Shown piece after piece: positions 1 to 11,261 of a stretch of DNA of 64,000 bases (its first letter is position 1; every line of letters starts with the position of its first letter). Both the position numbers and the translations under genes were made by a program. A model generated the notes under the pieces. The model made no database searches. It worked only from the letters and a program-made list of their open reading frames with translations, and had not been told where the DNA came from. Origin of the DNA: Fimicolochytrium jonesii (Eukaryota); the NCBI RefSeq assembly GCF_025526975.1, contig NW_026515671.1:868001-932000 (forward strand). The letters are read 5' to 3'.

Positions 1-66
1 TCACCTCTCGAACGTCAGAGGCACAGACATTCGAACACTTTCCTGCCGGTGTATATACGCTAGAGA

Positions 67-1557
67 ATGGTGTATGCAGCAACTCTCTCGGCCCCAGGCC
101 CACTCGGTCCTTCAGTCCTCAGCAAACACTCTCACCCACTCTCACCCAAAAAGCTGAAATCGAAACCCCAGGAGCAGGGGCAAAATGGCTTTGAGCAAGC
201 GTGGTGGAAAGGGAAAGCTGGGCGACTTCCACCACTACTATCAGTTGCTCCAGCTGCAGACCTGGAACGGTCCCGACCAGATGCCGAGTCGATTCCGAAT
301 CCAAATCGGCGGCACGCCGCCGGAGACTTGCACATTTCGCCCATTGCGGAGCATCCACGACGATACCAATCACACGACGCAGTTGCATCGAAATCAGACA
401 CCCCTCCATTAGATGCCTCTCGAAATATAAATCCTCGGCTTCCAGCTTCCAGACAACAGATTCATGCAGACAAGGACGGTCGACCATTAGCGAAGAACAA
501 TCGGACACTCTCCGAACCGCTCTTGTCACGTTTCTTCCAGGGCATGCGGGGAAAGAAATCGGTGGACCAGAGCGGATCGGCAGGCAAAGTTGCGCCTGTG
601 CCGCATACGGAGAAGCGTCGTCTCCTGACACCAGCATCATCAGCACCTAGAATAGCAGCACAGCAACAAGCACCACCATTACCGAACGAATCTGTGGGGC
701 CATATATCATTTTGAAGACTTTGGGGACGGGTGGCTTTTCACACGTCAAACTAGCTGTTCATATTCGGGACGGCAAGCGAGTTGCCCTCAAAATGCTCGA
801 AAAGCCGCGGTCGGTAAAGCAAGGGCAGGCGAACGGGCACGGTCCAGAGTCCGAACAGCTTCAAACAGCGATCGATCAGGCACATCGAGAGGCGGCTCTC
901 ATTGAGTCCCTAAAACACCCACATATCATCCGCCTTCTCACTACATTCGAGACCGAAACACATTCATGCCTGGTGCTGGAGTACATTCCAAATTCCGATC
1001 TTTACGAGCTGATGACCGCCCACCCCGCGTCTCTCACCGAGGCTTTCATCAAACGGATATTCTCCGAAATGTGCTCGGCCGTCGCGCACCTTCACCGCAA
1101 CAACATTTGCCATCGCGATATCAAGATCGAAAACATTCTCGTCGACTCCGATACCGGAGTCAAGTTGACGGATTTTGGATTAGCCACACGTTTCACACCG
1201 GGGGTCCTCTTGACGGACCGATGCGGCTCCGAGGAGTACGTCGCCCCCGAAGTCATCAAAGCGCTTCCCTACGACGGCCGCAAAACGGACGTCTGGGCTT
1301 TGGGTATCATCCTTTTTGCCCTTCTCACCGGGGAGCTACCATTCAACGTTCGACCTGGCTCGACTTTACGATCCATGTTCCACCGCATTGCGACAGGCTC
1401 CTACAAGTTCCCACCCCCTCAACCAGGCCGCCCGCCTGTAAGTGATCTCGCCAAGGATCTGATAAGAAAGATTTTGACGACGAATCCTGTCAAACGTCCC
1501 TCTGTGGAGGAGGTTCTCAGCCATCCTTGGCTGGCGCAGACGGTGACGGGTAGATAG
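67..1557 (+). CDS. CAMK-group Ser/Thr protein kinase (Prr1/Nnk1-like), intronless, with long disordered N-terminus
   Basis: 496-aa ORF with LGTGGFSHV, VALK, HRDIKIEN, DFG, CGSEEYVAPE and DVWALG motifs. The GSE[E/D]Y.APE loop resembles fungal Prr1/Nnk1 kinases. Confidence 0.9.
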   Translation: MVYAATLSAPGPLGPSVLSKHSHPLSPKKLKSKPQEQGQNGFEQAWWKGKAGRLPPLLSVAPAADLERSRPDAESIPNPNRRHAAGDLHISPIAEHPRRYQSHDAVASKSDTPPLDASRNINPRLPASRQQIHADKDGRPLAKNNRTLSEPLLSRFFQGMRGKKSVDQSGSAGKVAPVPHTEKRRLLTPASSAPRIAAQQQAPPLPNESVGPYIILKTLGTGGFSHVKLAVHIRDGKRVALKMLEKPRSVKQGQANGHGPESEQLQTAIDQAHREAALIESLKHPHIIRLLTTFETETHSCLVLEYIPNSDLYELMTAHPASLTEAFIKRIFSEMCSAVAHLHRNNICHRDIKIENILVDSDTGVKLTDFGLATRFTPGVLLTDRCGSEEYVAPEVIKALPYDGRKTDVWALGIILFALLTGELPFNVRPGSTLRSMFHRIATGSYKFPPPQPGRPPVSDLAKDLIRKILTTNPVKRPSVEEVLSHPWLAQTVTGR

Positions 1558-2345
1558 TCGTCGCCATCATTATACATACTTTATGGGGCGGGAAATTTTG
1601 TTACTCCATTCCCGAATTCCATATCATTGTACAGGTGTACTCCTTTTTCATGGAGATAATAATCGATGCGCCGTCGCGACTCCACGCTCCAAAAGAAATG
1701 GGCAGCGGGTAGCTCTGGAGTTTTTGGGTTCACATTGGCTATCGTAGCTTTTTGCGGAGTCTCCGCGTGACGGTATACGTGTGTTGTTTCAAACAGAGTT
1801 CTTAGGATCGAGACATGACTCTAATCACCCGCTAATGATAAGCGTGACTAGTCATCGCATCACGCAATCAAAAGGATAAACACCTACGTGTCACTTTCGG
1901 TGGAGAGATATCCCCGGCTTCTGCCAAGAGGCGACCGACACATACTGTATGTAAAATATCTTCAACTTCACTGCCCCCCGCCGCCGTTGACCGGTCCCCC
2001 ACACCCACAATCCGCCACGCACTCATCGCCCACGCTCACAAACCTTCAACTGCCCACCAGCTCTCATTTCGGTTGACCTTTTGTCATCGTCCCCACAGCG
2101 TTTTGTCGTCGTCCGACGCGTTTGTCCACCCTTCAAACCCCGCAAACGGCCAACCTTACAGCTCTACTTCGAAATCACAGCAGCCGCCCGAAAAGCACAT
2201 TTTTCGGAAACGTCCGCAACTATCGTCGCCTACTCCAGAGCTCTCCTCTAGCTTTCTTCCGCGAGGCAGCCAGCAAAGTCCCCCGTATCAGCGATCTTCC
2301 GCTTTGACATCTTCGTTGCAGTTCCTCTGAACACTCCTCGCAACC

Positions 2346-3335
2346 ATGTCCTCGCCAAGGAGGCGAATAGAGACGGATGTCATGAAACTGTAAGTTTGGA
2401 GAGCGTAAAGCGTTTATTCGACGCTGCATTGATATTGACCGGCTTTATCCTTTTGTCTATGAGCAACAGTCTGATGAGTGACTACGAAGTCACGCTTGTT
2501 AATGACAACATGCAAGGTAAGGCGAGTCAGGCCTGCACATCCGACCACGGCTCGTTCTCTCAACCTTTCATGAAACATATGAACTGACCCATGTACAGAA
2601 TTCTACGTCAGGTTTCACGGTCCCAAAGATAGTACGTTTTGTTTCGCGCCTTGGTCTTACGTGGACACCAAATCTCCGACCTTCCGCTGACCATGTTGCT
2701 CATCTCATAGCTCCTTTCACCGGCGGAGTGTGGAAAGTTCACGTGGAGCTCCCTGACCAGTACCCATACAAGTCACCGTCTATCGGCTTCATGAACAAAA
2801 TCTTCCACCCAAATATTGACGAGTTGTGAGTACCAGTAACTTCGCTCATGATTTGAAAGGCGCTCTTCACTCATATCCTGTGACGCTAGGAGCGGATCGG
2901 TCTGTTTGGATGTCATCAACCAGACATGGAGTCCAATGTTCGGTATGTACGCATGACCGCGATCTTGTCGTCAAGAAGGCACGGCACGACACTCATCAAT
3001 TTCGTACTTCACAAAGACATGATCAACATCTTCGAAGTATTCCTTCCTCAACTGTTGCGGTATCCAAACCCTACCGACCCTCTCAATGGAGAAGCAGCAG
3101 CTCTCCTGATGCGGGAACCGACAAGTTACGAGGTCAAAGTGAAAGGTAACCTTGGGCTTACTGTATTCTACGCGTGCAATAAAGATCGCTAATATGTGTC
3201 CGCACAGAATACGTGACAAGGTACGCCACGAAGGAGGCAGCAGATGCGGCGACAGATGAAAGCGGTTCAGATGACGACGATATGAGCGAAGTGGGGTCTT
3301 TCTCGGACGATGATGTCCCTGGGCTGGAACTATGA
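2346..3335 (+). CDS. UBC8: Ubiquitin-conjugating enzyme E2 H (Ubc8), 7 exons
   Basis: Hand-spliced product: [126 protein letters not shown]..., then an acidic tail. All introns are GT-AG. Confidence 0.96.
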
Positions 3336-3614
3336 GATGCAGTTACTATCCAAGTTTTCAGAGTCGCACTTGCATGTGCTCGCTTTTCGTCATCACCACC
3401 TGTCTCTTCTTGTGCAGTCATTGGGTTTTTTGGGTATACGGATGGGCAAGATGTTGTGTCTGGCCAGGGTCGGATACATCTTGTACGAAATCGATGATCA
3501 AGTTAAATGAGAGAAATCGTCGCGATTTTGCCCCATAAATGTTTGCATCCATGCATCTTACGGCGTGGAAGTCCAATTCAAGTCATATGTGACAGATTTG
3601 CATACAATGGAGCA

Positions 3615-6600
3615 CTATGAAGCAGGGGCCCTCTCCATGGATGGCATCAGACTGAGCTTCCTGACACCTGCGGGTGCCTCCAGCGTCCCCGAACTCGCTT
3701 TGGCTCCCAATCCTGTACCGCCACCTAACCGCTCCATCAAACTAGTCTTGGAACTAGCACGGCTCCGCGTTCCAGAATTGATATGCGGAGACGGAGGCGC
3801 CGTAAGATGCTCTTCCTGCAAATCGGACGCCATTCGTTTTATGTCCATGTTATGTTCCTCGAGGCTATGTACGTTTTTGAACGTGAATTCTTGGAATTGG
3901 GCCTCCACGGAGTTCGTATATGTCGGCACCCGGTTCACGCGGCGGCCCACTGCGCCAAGCTGTCCAATCGTACGTCCGAGGGACTCGTCGACCGATCTGT
4001 CTTGGTAGAACGACAAGGTGGAGTTTGACCGCGAAATGTCGGCGGACTGCGGGGAGGCGCCTGGCATGATGGACACGGCCGGATCAATTCGGGTCGAAAC
4101 TGCCATGGATTGCTTGGTGGAGGTGGCAACGGATGGCGACCATTCTTCAATGGCTTCCGGCGCGCCTATGGATCCTGCTAAAGAGGGCCCAAAGTTGCGC
4201 AAACTGTGCTTCGACAACCTTCGGATGTCTGGCCTTTCGTTGCGCACTGTGATTGGATGAGGCTCATTAGCGCAAGAAATGCCACGGCAGCCCGCCGTGA
4301 AATGTTCTCACCATCAAAGTAACTCGTGTCAGTTACATCTCCGATGCTGGGTATGAAAGGGGCGGGCTGCTCTCGAATTTTATCCCACTCCACTTCGGCA
4401 AAAAAAGGATGTTTCTTCACTCCTTCCGCCGACAGCCTTTCTTTGGGGTTTGGGTTCAACAATCGCTCTATTAGATCTCGAGCCTCCGGAGACATGTCCG
4501 ACTCGGGCCATTCTATCACTGGATGATACGAGAAATATGGTTTAGATGATAAGTTATTTTTGCCGAGACGTCCGGCCGTTATCACTTACCGCCTTCCAGA
4601 ATGTTTGCAAAGATAGCTTCAGGCGTGTCATCGGAGAATGGTGGGAAGCCGACCACCCACTCGTACATGCAGATCCCAAACGCCCACCAATCCACCTCTG
4701 GCCCATGTCCGAGTCCGAGGAGGAGCTCCGGGGCCAGATAATCAGGCGTGCCAACCAAGACCTTATTTGAGTTTTGCCGTCGGATTCTACAACTATTCCG
4801 GCGTTGTGCTATCGAAGAAGTGCGCGTCGCTCCAGGACTCGTGCCACCACCGTCCGAGTTGGGAGATTCTGCGGTTTCTGAAGATTTAATGGTCGTGCTT
4901 CTCGTGGTTCTTTTCCGTCTCGAGAGGGTATTGAGATGGCTCAGGACTTGTTCCGGATTCCCAGAGCCGAGTTCCTGATCGGGTACTTGAATTCGCGACA
5001 GTCCAAAGTCTGTCAGTTTGGTGTGACCCTTCTCGTTGATCAAAATATTGTCCGGTTTCAAGTCCCTGTGTCGTATCCCGTTTGCATGCAGGTATTCCAA
5101 TGCAATCGTGACCTCCGCACCATACATGCGAGCCATGGGTTCTTCGAAGGTGCCGAATGCTGCGAGCAAGGAGCTCAAGTCGCCTCCAGGCAGATACTCC
5201 ATGACGAGGTACAGGTATTCTCTACTCTGAAACGCATAGAATAACTTCACGACAAACGGGTTTCGCGACAGGGCGAGAACCTTCCGCTCTGCCAATACGT
5301 GAGATACCATGTTTTTCCTGATCATGTCTTGCTTCTTTAGAATTTTGACCGCATACAAATCCTGCGTGGTCCGCTTCCGAGCTAAGTACACTTTTCCGAA
5401 AGCTCCGCGACTGATTGGCTTGATGATCTCAAAATCACGGATTGAAGGAATCCTGGAACGCCTCTCATTCAGATCGCCCGCTATCTGTGCCGTATTAGAG
5501 AATTTCCGACCATCCTTGCCGCCTTTCAGCAGGGCGTTGAAGATGGACATAAACTTGTTGGGGCCCACGCTTGGTTCCCGTGGTCGATCGCTGTCATTTG
5601 CGCTCGAGACACTGATATTACTCTCGCTACTCCGTGACCTTCGCAGCGTATTCGTGGGAACCTTGCTCGTCCTCCTTGAAGCATATGAACTCGACTGCGT
5701 TGTGAAGCTCGCTGCAGGGTCTCCCATAGATGCGGCCTGCGAGAAGCCGCGCTCGAAACGACCAGGTAGATTGGTGCTGGGCGATGGTGAGGTTAGGTAC
5801 GTCGCGTCCTTGAGCCTTTGAAGACAAATCTTCAACGCGGCTGACTTCTCCTCAGTGGCGACAAGGATGCGTTTCACAACCTCGAAGATGTCCGCCTGAT
5901 TTGGGTGTTTCCCAGCATCTTCCAAATATCGCTCGAACTTGGCGACACATCTATCGAGCGAGGCAAGCACTTTCTTTCCCCCATGCTCATTTAACCGCGC
6001 AGTCTTCACCGCCTTCTGTTCGATCGTTTCGCACATTTTCCGAATCCGCTGCCAATCTGTCCAATCGTCAAAATCTTGCACATCAAGCTTCTCTTTCTTG
6101 GCTTCCAAAATGGCAGCATTTTTTCGCAGCTTCATGTCACAGTTCCAGCTCTTCAAGTGAAACTCTTGTTGTATACCGCAAATGCGTGAATGCTCATCAA
6201 TTGTCTTCGCGGATACGCGTTCTTCGCAGATCCGACATAGTAATGTCATCGACTTACTATTCTGCGCGGAGACCGCATCGGTGGTCAAAGGCTGCAAATC
6301 CTTTACCCGGTCTTTGCCCTTTGCTGACGGCCGGTCGACATCTTCCGGGGTGCTAACTGTACCGTCGGCCAATTTAGATTTGTCCGACGTAGCATCGGTT
6401 TGTAGCACGGAGTCTTTGGAGGTTGCTCTGCTCAACCCGCCCGCGGCCGGCCCTCGTGATCGGATGCCCTTCGATGGGCGGTCAGGTGAATCTGTAACAG
6501 GCATCGAGTCGCCGCGAACGCCGGACACAATGGAGCGAATGTTCACGGCTGCGAGAGGAGATGGGCTTCTGAGCGAGTCCCTACTACCACTCGTAGACCG

Positions 6601-8750
6601 AGGCGAATTTGTTGCAGTTGCGTTACCAAATGCATTTCTTATGGATTTGATGAATGACAAAACCGGCTTCTTCTTCGACAATTTCGGACTTCGCGTCGGA
6701 AGTTCTTGCGAAGCTGTCAGGAGAGGTTGACTCTTGGATACGGAGCTGGCTAGACTAGATGATGATGTTCTACCGCTGCGTGGGAGATCAATTGCCTCGG
6801 AAACGTGTTTCCCCGGCCGTGATAACGAGCGTGCCGATAATTGGGATGATTGAGGAGTCCCATCAATGATCGGTGCGACGACAGTTTCTGTAACTCTTGT
6901 ATCCGGCAGAATCGGATTCTGAGATGCAAATCGGGATGGGTTGGAACCTGACAGAGCCATCGGTACTATATTGCCTTGCTGGTCGCCTGTGACGCGGGAT
7001 GCAGGTTCGGGTGCGGGGAACAGGACCGTTGATTCATCCTCATCGTCTTTCTGCGGGCTCAACATCATTTCTGACTCCCCGAGAGAAGCAGCCGACTGGA
7101 GCAAAAGCATCGCCGCCTGGATTTTGTCGGGCGGCACTTCCGCAATGTCTGGCGTGTCCATCATTCGGGTAAGGGAGAGTCTGGAGAATGATTTTGTGAG
7201 ATTGCGCCTTGGCCGTGGTGGCGTCTGGGCGATGCCTTCCATTCCAGACGCTGTTCGCAAGACTCGTGCATGCTGGTTCTGTAGAACAAAACAAATTAGC
7301 CATCGACGAAATTCGCCTTTTTCGTTTGCAGTGCGGCTCATACCAATGATTCTGACAATCGAGCTACTGGTGAAAACGTGTAGATCAACTTCGTGAGAAT
7401 GTCTTCCACAAGGGTTCTTCCCGCACCAATGGCTTTTTGCTCCTCCCCGAGGTCTTGGAGCATCTGCATCATATTTCCAGCTAGAGTGGTGTGAATCATA
7501 GCCACCACCGGTGTTTCAATGAGCGAGTACGCGAGGGATTCGATGCGCAGTAAAAGGGTATCGTAACTGGAAGCTATCTCCAAAATGGCAAACATGTTAG
7601 ACTCGGATTCTATTCCAAGGGCCAAAGGCGTTGTGTCATTACCAAAGACGGATGGAGGCCAGCTATTGCAGTGCTTCAGTAATCTCCGCTTCGACCCTAA
7701 TATTGATAGCTTGGGACCCCCTCTGTACTCATTTGTGGAGTTCAACCCGATATCCATGTTGCTGTCGGCCAAAAGCTCGTTCAGTGCCGCGTTTGCGATG
7801 GCTGATTGTGGCGATCCAGGTTTCGCTGCCATCCTCTGATACCAAGCGGCGAGAATGATTCCCACCCCAACGTCAGAGCGGTCCTTTGCATGTACCAGAT
7901 CCTGCACCAACGTCCGAGTGACATCAAAATCTGCCGTTTTTTCGTCAATCATGGCCACAGAGGGATTGAACTCCGGCGACGGCACAGCACTGGTGGCTGA
8001 CCCTTGTCCATCATCTGATGTTGTTGATCCGCCACTCATCGGACTGTCCATGATCTCGGCGTCCATCTGGGTTCGACCTAGGGTGCTGACGCCTCGGGGA
8101 CTCTTCCGGAAGCCGTGCGGCGAGCCACCTGCGACTAGATTTCGACGTCGGGACAGAGGCGATAACGACTTTCCGAAAGCGACATTCAACGGTACGGATG
8201 ATCCCAGCACATGCATCTCATCTATGACAGCTGTGCTGACGTGGCTGGACAGCGATTGTTCATCAGCAGGTCTGGACCTGAGCTCATAATCCGCATTTCC
8301 ATACAGGCGGGGCGTGCGAGGAGTAATGGGAACCCCTGTCTCGCCGCCATTGGACATGCTGTTCGCCGACGTCTCCCCTTGGCTAGGTGGATGAATCCAG
8401 ATCTGACCAGGTATCATACTTAATCTCGAAGGATCGCTCTCGCTACGCGGTCTTCCTTCAGCCGATGTAGCTTCAGATTCTGGCTTCGATTGTAGAGACC
8501 CAGCAGCAGTCCATCCCCACATATCGACTCGGCTTTGATCTGACCATGCTCGCATTTGCGAGCGCAGTGTAGGGGTTGTTATGGCGGCAGTCCCAGGCTG
8601 CGAGCGACTGTTATTGTACAGCTTTGAAGGCAGTATATTGGACACCTCCACAACAAGCCCATTATGCTCTTTGACTGAGGCGGAGGGCAAAGTCTTGTCG
8701 TCGATTCTGCCCTCGGTTTTCGACTCATCTTCGGCTCCTCTCGACTGCAT
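3615..8750 (-). CDS. Greatwall/Rim15/Cek1-family AGC kinase, 4 exons
   Basis: ORFs 7338-8750, 4582-7341, 4178-4585 and 3615-4247 join through GT-AG introns (e.g. 7279-7343). Contains a CRICEE...HSRIC zinc finger, [35 protein letters not shown], a long insert before GTPDYLAPE, and an AGC tail (PFIP..DTSYFD). Confidence 0.92.
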
Positions 8751-9357
8751 GGGGTATTGAGTTGATGCGACCTCGGTGAGCTGACGGTGAGTGGTAAGCG
8801 CTTCGTGTATGAAAGCCGGTGACAGGCCAGAAACAAGCGTAAGGCGTAGATGCGCTGCTGTCGAACTCAGTTGAGAAGTAGAGCGATTGCGGAGACCGCA
8901 TGAACCTGCCGGTTATATATGCGCTTCAGGCCGACCTCCGAACACACTCAACCTTAAATCCGACCGTCCGTCTCGGGGCAGGCACCATCTTGCGATGCAC
9001 GCGACTTATGACCCATGCGTGAAGTCCAATGCCGGTTCCAGGACGAACCCCTTTGCCAGAGGAGCGACCAATACGCTGCTCCCCACACTGTCTCCGGATC
9101 TTGTATATGTACGGTGGTAAGCCCCTGCAATGACAGCTTAGGAGTCCTGGGAAAGTCCCAGAGTTGACTTTTTGAAGACTTGAAGGACGTGACAGCTTGC
9201 GCACCTGGGCGGCAGCTCACTTTTCTATCCTTTATTTCTGAAACGGAAAGACGAAACCAGGCGTACTGTTCAAGTTCGAATTCCGCCTCGCTGGCGCTCG
9301 CCTTCTTCCGCTTATCTCAACTCGAACTACTTTTGTGTGGGGATGGTTAACTGAAGG

Positions 9358-10799
9358 ATGACATCCTCGGATAGCGACTACTTGTTTGCATTACAGCTTG
9401 CGGAAGAGCTTGCTCGCAGCGACGAAGAGGACCGTCAGTCTCAACTACTGTGGGATGAAAATGTGGCCAAGAATTGGCAGTCGAATATTATCGAAGGGAA
9501 GTTGGAGCCCCTACGAATAGATTCCGTAACGGACGTTCATGTTCGTAGCACTGGGAAAGGGAAAGCTCCAATGCAGCCTCACGAAATCGATGAGGACGAA
9601 GCTCTGGCCAGAGAAATACGGAATTCAATTAAGGGAAAGGCTCCAATTCAGCCTTCTGAAGTCGATGCAGACGAACTTTTGGCAAAAGAGCTGCAGCCAT
9701 CGCTCAATGGAAAGGCTGCAGTGCCGCTTTATGAACTCGATGCAGACGAGCTTCTGGCCAGGGAATTGCACAATTCGCTCAATAGTCAGGAGGTCATACT
9801 GGTCAGCGACGAAGAAGATGTTACATCTCGTTCGGTAACGAAGTCCGGAAGGGCTACAGCCTCGTCTTCGAAAGCACCGGCTGCAGAAGCGAACTACAAG
9901 GAGTATCTCCAAGGTGAACCTCTCGTCTCACGTCCTGCGGACCAGAGTCATGAATTGACGGACCCCAAGTAAGTAGACTTGCGGGTTGTAAAGATGATGG
10001 TCTTTCTCCAGCCAAGTTCGCTGATCGAGACCACACAGTCCGGATCTGCATGGCCTTTTCAGGGCTTTCAATGTTGCTTATTTCAACTGTAGACTGGATG
10101 CTGTCGAAGTTCGCTGGAGTCCGAAAATGACCCTGTGCGCGGGGATGTGCTATTTTTACCCGGGGGGCTATTGCTCGGTGCGGTTATCGCAGCCGTTGCT
10201 GAGTCTTCGACCACGTTCCGATTTTATAAATACGGTGAGTAGTTCTGGTCAATATGAATGTGACCTCCTAGATCTGACTATTTCTCTAGCTCCTGCATGA
10301 GATGATCCATGCATATTTATTTGTGACTGGTGGCAACACCGATCATGACGGTCACGGCCCGGCCTTCCTTGGACTAGCGAAAAAGATCAACGACACTGCC
10401 GGAACAAACATCACAGTTTTCCACAAATTCCATGACGAAGTAAATCACCATCGCAAACATATATGGCGCTGTACGGGACCGTGTCGCGAAAAGCCACCTT
10501 TCTTTGGCTACGTCCGCCGAAGTATGAATCGTAAACCGCAACCGGCCGATTGGTGGTGGGCAGACCATCAAGCAAAATGCGGAGGAACGTATGTAAAGGA
10601 AGCCGATGCTAATGGCCCCATCGATCCGACGAGAGTTGAGAATGAGGAAGGAAAGAAAGGGGCGGCTGGCGGCGCATCGAAACGTAGTAGTAGCACGCAA
10701 GAAGGAAAAGGCAAGAGAAGGAAGAAAGACGATCAGCGTACTTTGGACGCCTTCCTGAGCAAAGGAGTGGCGGACGAGGGAAAGCCAGAGGACATATAA
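9358..10799 (+). CDS. SPRTN: SprT-family DNA-protein crosslink metalloprotease (Spartan/SPRTN), 3 exons
   Basis: Spliced: ...DPNPDLHGLFRAFNVAYFNCRLDAVEVRWSPKMTLCAGMC...VRLSQPLLSLRPRSDFINTLLHEMIHAYLFVT...HDGHGPAF...HIWRCTGPC...WWWADHQAKCGGTYVK. It has the HExxH motif plus the Zn-binding subdomain. Confidence 0.93.
9556..9780 (+). repeat. 3 x 75-bp (25-aa) coding tandem repeat in the SPRTN N-terminus
   Basis: Units start at 9556, 9631 and 9706: KGKAPMQPHEIDEDEALAREIRNSI / KGKAPIQPSEVDADELLAKELQPSL / NGKAAVPLYELDADELLARELHNSL. Confidence 0.9.
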
Positions 10800-11261
10800 G
10801 AAGCACTGTCTGAAGGAAAGGAACCACTGGAAGCTGCAGGAGAAATCAATGAGGAAGGGCCTTATCCCGCATTATCCCACATCTGATCAGTGCATCACTA
10901 CCCACGTTTTCCGACTGTTTCTCAGCCATGGAGAGTCGGGTACGCGAGCCAGGAGACGGATGACAGCCATTCACCACCGGAGTACAAACGTAAACGTAGC
11001 AATTCGAAGCCAACCATTTCCGCGTACGTCGATTTCCGAACCTTTACAATAGGGTATACCCCCTTAACGCCTGGCATCAGACGCGTGTGCACCTATCACT
11101 ATGTAATACTACGTAAAGAAATATATAGCTATAGGTAGAGCTGGGAAGTTAAGCGTTGAGGCCATGGGGTGCAGCGCTTCTGAAATGCATTGTCTTCGAG
11201 ACCTTGGTGGTCAAAAGGTCGTTTGTGATAGTCGATCTAAATCAATCTGAGCAACAAATGC

